DNA from: a virus
Lineage: Duplodnaviria > Caudoviricetes
Virus record (IMG/VR): IMGVR_UViG_3300013947_000025
Span: 1-64,000 of that record
Direction: 5' to 3' (one strand)
DNA length: 64,000 bases
Shown: positions 58,213 to 64,000 of the stretch, piece after piece
Layout of the letters: each line of letters begins with the position of its first letter
Position numbering within the stretch: the stretch's first letter is position 1
Position numbers and translations under genes: made by a program
The notes under the pieces: model-generated
Told to the model about the DNA's origin: nothing
Database searches by the model: none
The model's input: the letters and a program-made list of their open reading frames with translations, nothing else

Positions 58213-58851
58213 TCAATAGTCAAATTCTATCACTGTCAGCGCATTTGATACGCTAAGGGCTGAATCAACCTCAGACTTGAACGAATCAATCTTGTCGGTT
58301 AATTCTTTGATAACCTTCTCAACATCAAATCCGGTCACGATGTCATAGGCGTTATTGGTCATATACACCCTCTGTGCGGTTTCAATATCGGGATTATTTA
58401 TCTTGTCCTTAGAACCGAACGTTGCCTGAATATAAGTTTCGCAAGCCCTTACAAGCTTTTCGCCATTCTCAGACTCCGCCATGCGCTTTGCGGACGTATA
58501 CTGGTCTCTAAGGAAATCACGGAAATCAATCAAGTTCTCCATGCCGTGATTATTCATCTCAATTGCCTCGGCAACCGAATATTGAACGTCACCAATCTCG
58601 ACCTTGGTCACAGCATTGGACAGGACAACCGCCTTCTTAAGCGCATTGCGTCTGTTAATCAATGCCGTCACAGACTGAAGATTCGAGATAGTATCTGCCC
58701 GGAAATCCTCTACAGACTTGCCAAAAATCTTCATGTTGTTGTGGCGGTTCGCCTTGACAAAGATTGAACCAGTGATTTCAGAATTGATTCTATCATCAAG
58801 GGTCTTAAGTTCTGCAAGTGCCTTATGCACCGTCATCTTTTCGTGTATCAT
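58213..58851 (-). CDS. Helical/coiled-coil hypothetical protein directly upstream of the putative ncRNA
   Basis: 'MTVHKALAELKTLDDRI...YSVAEAIE...FKSEVDSALSVSNALTVIE'; GAGGTG RBS. Confidence 0.8.
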   Translation of the reverse strand: MIHEKMTVHKALAELKTLDDRINSEITGSIFVKANRHNNMKIFGKSVEDFRADTISNLQSVTALINRRNALKKAVVLSNAVTKVEIGDVQYSVAEAIEMNNHGMENLIDFRDFLRDQYTSAKRMAESENGEKLVRACETYIQATFGSKDKINNPDIETAQRVYMTNNAYDIVTGFDVEKVIKELTDKIDSFKSEVDSALSVSNALTVIEFDY

Positions 58852-58892
58852 AATTTCACCTCATTTAATAAACTTTGATGCGGTCTTGCCGC

Positions 58893-58967
58893 TGGTAGCG
58901 ATGTTGAGTGTCGATCTCATGTCTTCCCCTTATAAGGAGGACGCTCTAACCGTTGAGCTACATCGCC
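58893..58967 (-). tRNA. tRNA-Ile(TAT)
   Basis: GGCGATG/CATCGCT acceptor, anticodon loop CT-TAT-AA, atypical T-loop ATCGACA, encoded CCA. Confidence 0.8.
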
Positions 58968-59105
58968 ATATACAGCGCATCCCACGGAGGTTTTGGTGGT
59001 TGGTGGTGTGGGATGCGCCCTAACAGATGGATGATATTCTAAGCGTCATCCGCGCGATTCTGTCAAGAGCAAGTTTAGCGCCATTGCTCAAGGCGTCTTA
59101 TATAA

Positions 59106-59172
59106 AGGGGCACGTCCGGGAATTGCACCCGAGCATATGGTGGTTGACTTGTCTAACTCGTCCATCCGTGCC
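59106..59172 (-). other. tRNA-like remnant (acceptor stem and T-arm only)
   Basis: GGCACG/CGTGCC stem and CGGG-TGCAATT-CCCG T-arm; no canonical D or anticodon arm. Confidence 0.4.
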
Positions 59173-59225
59173 ATAGTGGTGTCTATTTTAGCCCAACACC
59201 GAGGGCTTGATTAGATGGTATATAT

Positions 59226-59287
59226 ATTATACCATATTTTCTTCAATTTGTCAAGAGGTTTTCGAAAAGTTTTTTTAAAAATTTTTT
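59226..59287 (-). promoter_or_regulatory. sigma-A promoter driving the tRNA/ncRNA operon
   Basis: -10 at 59226-59231, -35 TTGACA at 59249-59254, A/T tracts upstream. Confidence 0.8.
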
Positions 59288-59594
59288 ACTGTTGTGCCCC
59301 CTTGATTTTTCGCCAAGCATCGTATCGCTTGTAGCTCTTGGCTTCGTTCTTGGTTACGTGAGGGGTGATGGAATTCCATTTATCAACCTCGTCCCCCGCT
59401 ACAACATAAGCTCCATCGAAGTAGTCCGTGTTCCTGCATTCCGATGCGTCAAACGATTGATTCGAACCATCCTCGAAGTAGATAGTTCCGGTTTCATCAC
59501 CGCTTAAGATAGTCACCAAAATGGACTGAATAGGCTTGTCAAGGGTCTCAACCATCGTAGCTTTGTTGTCGTAATCGTAAACCTTGAACTTCAT
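59286..59594 (-). CDS. Hypothetical protein
   Basis: AGGAG RBS, own promoter. Confidence 0.55.
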   Translation of the reverse strand: MKFKVYDYDNKATMVETLDKPIQSILVTILSGDETGTIYFEDGSNQSFDASECRNTDYFDGAYVVAGDEVDKWNSITPHVTKNEAKSYKRYDAWRKIKGAQQ

Positions 59595-59626
59595 ATCGTT
59601 TATCTCCTTTTGATTGGTGTATATAT

Positions 59627-59686
59627 ATTATACCACATATTTTCTGATTTGTCAAGTACTTTTTGAAAATTTCTCAAAAATTTTTT
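59627..59686 (-). promoter_or_regulatory. sigma-A promoter TTGACA-17-TATAAT
   Basis: -10 at 59627-59632, -35 at 59650-59655. Confidence 0.8.
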
Positions 59687-59744
59687 CTCTTTTATTTATC
59701 GTGAAATTCAGCCCAAATTTCAACGGAAGCCTTTCCCCTACTAC

Positions 59745-60062
59745 TTACTCATCCGATTCATCTTCGTCGATTGTAGCAGATTTTTTGCTTTTATTTAAGG
59801 AGCTTCTCAACCGTTCCCCTGCTATGCGTCTTTGTTCGTCCGTCATGACGCGTTTCTTGGGCGGTGAAGGAAGCTTGACCCATACCCTTGGAATTTTAGC
59901 AACAATCACGCCTTGATTACTGCCGGGATAGCTACTAATTACAACTTCATCTGGATGCGCTTCATGCAGTTCCATAATCCGGTTGATGACTTTCTTTTCG
60001 TCTGAGCTTATGCAAGCCCATTTTTCGTCTGTGTAGTATTCGTAACAAGTTTCCATAATCAA
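59745..60062 (-). CDS. Hypothetical protein downstream of MazF
   Basis: Overlaps the MazF stop; 'MTDEQRRIAGERL'. Confidence 0.55.
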   Translation of the reverse strand: MIMETCYEYYTDEKWACISSDEKKVINRIMELHEAHPDEVVISSYPGSNQGVIVAKIPRVWVKLPSPPKKRVMTDEQRRIAGERLRSSLNKSKKSATIDEDESDE

Positions 60063-60433
60063 ACCTCAATCTTTCCTTTATCGCCTTCATCAAGCATTGA
60101 CCCACAACCAAAGCTGATTGCAATGGCTCTGTCATCCCATTCGGTCATGTGTTTATGTCCTATCTTGTCCAGCAGGCGCAACTTGTCAACAGTCGTTATC
60201 TGCTCGTATAGTGCAATTGATGTAACCTTCATGCCGTCCTTTGGATAAACCGGAACGTGAGTGGGTAGCTTATGCTTCTTTGCGGTTGTGATTGGCGCAA
60301 CCATGACCGTAGGGGCATAATAATTACCCTTGTTGTTTTGCAGGATGATTGCAGGACGGATACCGCCCTGCTCAGACCCTACGCCATAACCGAAATCTAC
60401 ATAGTAGATGTCTCCACGATTGATTGATTCCAT
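60059..60433 (-). CDS. MazF/PemK-family endoribonuclease
   Basis: 'RGDIYYVDF..GSEQGGIRPAIILQNN.GN..APT..VAPIT', 'EQITTVDK.RL'. Confidence 0.9.
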   Translation of the reverse strand: MESINRGDIYYVDFGYGVGSEQGGIRPAIILQNNKGNYYAPTVMVAPITTAKKHKLPTHVPVYPKDGMKVTSIALYEQITTVDKLRLLDKIGHKHMTEWDDRAIAISFGCGSMLDEGDKGKIEV

Positions 60434-60452
60434 TGTATGTACCTTACCTTTC

Positions 60453-60777
60453 TTATCTATAGATTTTTTCTTCTCTTCCATCAGGGGGAGGACACGGGAC
60501 GCAATTGATTCTCTTGCAGTTTGCAATATGCTGTTTTATTGCATTTTCTTTTGAAGTAGCTCGGTAGCAATTACCGTAATACTTGCCTGTTACTTCGTCC
60601 TTGCACCAAAGCAGATACTCCGCAAAGCACTTGCCGCGGACTCCGGACGGCTTCATGCGTCCCTCGGGGATGATAACTTTAATCGTCCTGCTTGTTGCGC
60701 TATAGCTTCCTGCAACCGTCTTGCAGTCTGCGTAGTGGTCTTTGTAATCTCTGTAGCGCATACGTATTGTTTCCATG
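60453..60777 (-). CDS. Hypothetical protein upstream of MazF
   Basis: Start at METIRMRY, after the promoter at 60810. Confidence 0.55.
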
Positions 60778-60809
60778 TTATGTACCTTACCTTTCTTTAC
60801 TGTACCTAT

Positions 60810-60871
60810 ATTATACCACATCTTGATTGATTTGTCAAGGGGTTTTGCAAAAGTTTTTGAAAAAATTTTTT
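60810..60871 (-). promoter_or_regulatory. sigma-A promoter TTGACA-17-TATAAT with A/T tracts
   Basis: -10 at 60810-60815, -35 at 60833-60838. Confidence 0.8.
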
Positions 60872-60892
60872 GTACCCCCTTGACTTATTGAC

Positions 60893-61084
60893 TTAGACCT
60901 CTTCTACGATTCCTTTATATCCATAGCTCGTTTCGAATTCTGCCCACGATTTCCGATTGCTTCTTGTGTACCAATGGGGAGTGTAAGTAAAATCTCCGTC
61001 ACTGCTCACAAGCTTTAAGATAGCCTGTCTCAGACAAGTTGCCTTGATCTCGTAGGTAAATCCTCTAATTCTAAACTTTCTCAT
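60893..61084 (-). CDS. Hypothetical protein
   Basis: AGGAG RBS, own promoter. Confidence 0.5.
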   Translation of the reverse strand: MRKFRIRGFTYEIKATCLRQAILKLVSSDGDFTYTPHWYTRSNRKSWAEFETSYGYKGIVEEV

Positions 61085-61127
61085 GTGTATTTCTCCTTTG
61101 CGGTCGTGGGTTTTCCGCGCCCCTTGT

Positions 61128-61199
61128 TATATATATATATATATATTATACCACAAGCAAGGGTAGAAATCAATAGACGAAATATGAATTTATTGTAAA
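61128..61199 (-). promoter_or_regulatory. sigma-A promoter (TTGATT) with TTTACA-N5-TTCATA box and (TA)9 tract at the start site
   Basis: (TA)n at 61128-61146, -10 at 61145-61150, -35 at 61168-61173, box at 61183-61199. Confidence 0.7.
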
Positions 61200-61229
61200 T
61201 TGATGTTCATATTTCAGACGGCTTGATTG

Positions 61230-61439
61230 TCACTTCATAGCCTCCTCAATCATCGCCTTGATTTCTTCATAAAACTGCTTTGTTATAAAAGGAGTTTGAC
61301 ACTCTTCGATACTATTTATCATATAAATAATAGCAAGTTTATCATCATCCAACGCATCAAATACAACGCTTTCAATTGCACGAACATTGATTAAAGCAGT
61401 ATTGCCGCTTAACAAACTAACTTCAATAAATCCCTTCAT
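61230..61439 (-). CDS. Hypothetical protein
   Basis: 'MKGFIEV...YEEIKAMIEEA'. Confidence 0.5.
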   Translation of the reverse strand: MKGFIEVSLLSGNTALINVRAIESVVFDALDDDKLAIIYMINSIEECQTPFITKQFYEEIKAMIEEAMK

Positions 61440-61687
61440 CCCAAATCAATTCCTTCCAAATTGGCTCTCAATTCAAGAACGTCCAAATATTTAAGCATCC
61501 ACACAGATTGTGTTTCTAAAGTGCATATCGGACACGTAGGCTCAAATTCCAACTTACCCGCTCTATACTTTTCAAGCATCATGCACAGCTTATCGTACCT
61601 TATCTTGGTCTGCCAGTATTCAGCCTTGAATCTATCCTTGTAATCTGCCGAAGTCATCAATTCAACTGTTTCGTCAAGGTTGTACAT
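61436..61687 (-). CDS. Conserved phage protein (crAss001_48-like)
   Basis: 'MTSADYKDRFKAEYWQTKIRY...YLDVLELRANLEGIDL'. Confidence 0.6.
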   Translation of the reverse strand: MYNLDETVELMTSADYKDRFKAEYWQTKIRYDKLCMMLEKYRAGKLEFEPTCPICTLETQSVWMLKYLDVLELRANLEGIDLG

Positions 61688-61688
61688 T

Positions 61689-61946
61689 TTAATTCTCCTC
61701 CTCTAAACGTCCTAATTCACAAAATCCATCACACCGCTTGAATGTATCGTACGTAATGCAATACACCCATTCATCTTGGCACGCCATATCAGGGTATGGT
61801 TCGTGATGGATGCAATCTTTACATCTTACTAATTCTTCTACCTCACGATCGCTTCCTGTTTCCCATACATATCTCCACGCAAGGGCTTCTAAACCATACG
61901 CAAATCTTTTGTTTGCGTTAGGTAATGGTTTATTCGTTTTAGCCAT
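61689..61946 (-). CDS. Cys-rich hypothetical protein
   Basis: 'VRCKDC...DGFC'. Confidence 0.5.
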   Translation of the reverse strand: MAKTNKPLPNANKRFAYGLEALAWRYVWETGSDREVEELVRCKDCIHHEPYPDMACQDEWVYCITYDTFKRCDGFCELGRLEEEN

Positions 61947-62484
61947 TTATATCCTCCTCATATGGGCTATCCCATGACCAATCCCAAAAATCTTTACTAC
62001 GCCAATCAGTACGGAAATAATTTCTATCACCATCCCCATAAAAATGCGTATATTCAATAGGCAATACTCTGCCCACATCCATCACCCCATCTTTTTCCAT
62101 GTGCCATCTAATCAATACATCCTCAGCAATATCAACAAGTTCATCAACCAGCGGATTATCCTTGTCATAGCCCATAAATTGATTAGGTGCAGTCACAGCA
62201 TCCTCAATTGTCTTGATGTCCTTAAAATCGTATTCATCACTATCAACACGATTAAGAATACACCAACACACAGCCGCCTTTTCCATCTTGGATTCAACGC
62301 CACGTGCTTCGCCATATAGCGTCCGAGCAAGATAATTGATGTCCGATTGGACGATTTCGTACTGGGCTTGCACCTCCGAAGAAACCGCCTGCTCATGAAT
62401 CGGAACATCAAAATTTACCGTTTCCGTGCCTCCTGTTAGTAAAGTAATGGTAATTAGTACCGTTGCTAAGTTATTCATTATCAT
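61939..62484 (-). CDS. Cell wall hydrolase (SleB/Hydrolase_2-like), secreted
   Basis: N-terminal hydrophobic signal; 'LARTLYGEARG', 'AVCWCILNRV', 'APNQF'. Confidence 0.85.
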   Translation of the reverse strand: MIMNNLATVLITITLLTGGTETVNFDVPIHEQAVSSEVQAQYEIVQSDINYLARTLYGEARGVESKMEKAAVCWCILNRVDSDEYDFKDIKTIEDAVTAPNQFMGYDKDNPLVDELVDIAEDVLIRWHMEKDGVMDVGRVLPIEYTHFYGDGDRNYFRTDWRSKDFWDWSWDSPYEEDING

Positions 62485-62513
62485 ACCTCAATCTCCCTTG
62501 ACTTGATGATACT

Positions 62514-62579
62514 ATTATACACCATTTGTCATCAAAAGTCAAGGGGTTTTCTAAAATTTCTTTATGAATTTTCTGTTAA
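62514..62579 (-). promoter_or_regulatory. sigma-A promoter with TTAACA-N5-TTCATA box
   Basis: -10 at 62514-62519, -35 TTGACT at 62537-62542, box at 62563-62579. Confidence 0.75.
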
Positions 62580-64000
62580 TAGTTCTTTCAACCACGTATC
62601 TCTTTCAAGATTCTGCACTTCTTTCATTCCATTGGCTATCGCCCTTGAATCGCCTATAATGCACAGCTCCGTCTTGGCGCGTGAGAACGCCACGTATTCG
62701 ATGTTCCGGTTAATCATGTATAGATGTTGCCTGAGCATCAAAGCAATCACCACAGGGCTTTCAGAGCCTTGAGATGAATGCACAGAAATAGCATAAGCAA
62801 GATGCAGTTTCTTGATTTCTTCACCACTAAATACGATAGTCGATTCATCAAAAGCAACAACCAAGTCATTATCATCTACATCGACAACTGTGCCTATATC
62901 ACCATTGGCTATAAATGTGGTAGCCACTACACGCCTTCCGTCCTCTGTATATGTTACCAAAGTACCGTCAGGGTCATAGATTTCAGCCCCATAATTGTTT
63001 ACTTTATTGATTACCTTGTCACCAATCTTGAAATTGACGCTTTCGTATTGTGTTTCGTAGCCTATGCCCGTAAATTCATGGTAATTAAATTCCTGCTGAA
63101 GCATAGCATTGATAACACGTGTTCCGAGTGCGCCTTTGTTGTAGGGGCATAGACAAAGAATATCTTTCATCTTATAGCCCTTATCAAGGTAATAGGCATA
63201 CGCTTCCTTGATTTGGTCAAGCACCTCGGATGAATCGAAAGCCTGCTCTTCAAATATATAATCATCAAATTGCTCAGATTCAATTGACGACGATTCACCA
63301 TTTCGTGTATCGGTTACAACAGTAGCGATACCGGATGAATTGTAGCGAAAGACTTTAGTCAAGCGCGTAATGGGAACGATGCCGCTATCGATGATGTCTT
63401 GGGCAAGGTTGCCGCAGGATATAGAAGCAAGCTGCGAAGGGTCACAGACAAAGAATATTTTCGTTTCGCGGTCAATATGGCGCAACAATTCAGCAAGCAA
63501 ATCAACAGCCATAATAGAGGCTTCATCAACTATGACAACATCAGAGCAACACGTAGCCGTTCCCAATAATGTCATCCACATATGAATTGTAGACGCAGAG
63601 CGTCCTGTTGCTTCTTTAAGCCTACGTGCCGCACACCCTGTAGGTGCAAGAAGAGTATAGGTTTTATTGATTGATTCAAGATATTTGATTATCGCGTTTA
63701 CCGAAAAGCTCTTGCCGCATCCGCCGGGCGCAGTCAATACACCCACCGAACAATTCTTAACCATATCCAGTGCGCCCATCTGTTCATCCGTCATGGTGCT
63801 ACTGCCTATCTGCCGGAACTGCTCAATATCTCCATCATACACAACAGGATTCTGCGCCCTTGTCAGCAGCTCCCTTGCGATTTTACACTCGGCTTCAAAC
63901 GTAGATTTTTTGCTTACGTATTTAGACTCAGGCTCAAAGAATACCTTATCGTTTTCAGTGATACATCCACCTATCCATTTGATACACTCAGGATAATCTT
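62562..64000 (-). CDS. RecD2-like SF1B helicase (5' end outside the window)
   Basis: 'APGGCGKS', 'LAPTG', 'VDEAS', 'AYAISVHSSQGSE', 'YVAFSRAK'; frame open to the window edge. Confidence 0.92.
   Translation of the reverse strand, partial: DYPECIKWIGGCITENDKVFFEPESKYVSKKSTFEAECKIARELLTRAQNPVVYDGDIEQFRQIGSSTMTDEQMGALDMVKNCSVGVLTAPGGCGKSFSVNAIIKYLESINKTYTLLAPTGCAARRLKEATGRSASTIHMWMTLLGTATCCSDVVIVDEASIMAVDLLAELLRHIDRETKIFFVCDPSQLASISCGNLAQDIIDSGIVPITRLTKVFRYNSSGIATVVTDTRNGESSSIESEQFDDYIFEEQAFDSSEVLDQIKEAYAYYLDKGYKMKDILCLCPYNKGALGTRVINAMLQQEFNYHEFTGIGYETQYESVNFKIGDKVINKVNNYGAEIYDPDGTLVTYTEDGRRVVATTFIANGDIGTVVDVDDNDLVVAFDESTIVFSGEEIKKLHLAYAISVHSSQGSESPVVIALMLRQHLYMINRNIEYVAFSRAKTELCIIGDSRAIANGMKEVQNLERDTWLKELLTENS

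Noticed and set aside
1-64000. Stop-codon reassignment (alternative genetic code)
   Set aside because: Large conserved genes (terL, nrdD, dnaE, dnaB) are intact under the standard code and no suppressor tRNA was seen.

Overview
Bacteriophage DNA, probably from a phage of Clostridia/Bacillota, made of two compositionally different halves. 1-~21.6 kb (+ strand, GC-rich, GATC-rich) is a complete siphovirus morphogenesis module. It runs terminase, portal, Clp protease, capsid with an Ig-like domain, neck, tail, tape measure and baseplate/fibre genes. It also carries an ssb plus circularly permuted C5-methyltransferase insertion and an intact diversity-generating retroelement (avd-TR-RT-target; all 9 TR/VR mismatches at TR adenines). 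~21.6-25.9 kb (+ strand, AT-rich) holds further fibre/decoration-like genes, four of which share an N-terminal 'PCGGF' leader; three of these have poly-G tracts and two are frameshifted. 25.97-64 kb (- strand, AT-rich, GATC-poor) is a large-phage replication/metabolism region. It encodes dUTPase, a ThyX-like protein, an FNT channel beside nrdDG, DnaE, primase, DnaB, SSB, a Sak4-like ATPase, RecD2, Xer, HU, MazF, an amidase and a beta-CASP nuclease. It has three DNA-modification candidates (Dam-like, Mom-like, PAPS-reductase plus cysteine desulfurase), 3 tRNAs and 13 repeated sigma-A promoters. Top novelty candidates: (i) a tRNA-flanked cassette of a helical protein gene followed by a ~370-nt structured RNA with a 7-nt-periodic AAAGGT array; (ii) a set of poly-G contingency loci in structural and DNA-modification genes; (iii) a DndA/DndC-like sulfur-modification pair; (iv) helically phased PhoP-box-like operators at 7 promoters. 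All family assignments come from motif recognition by eye, not database searches.
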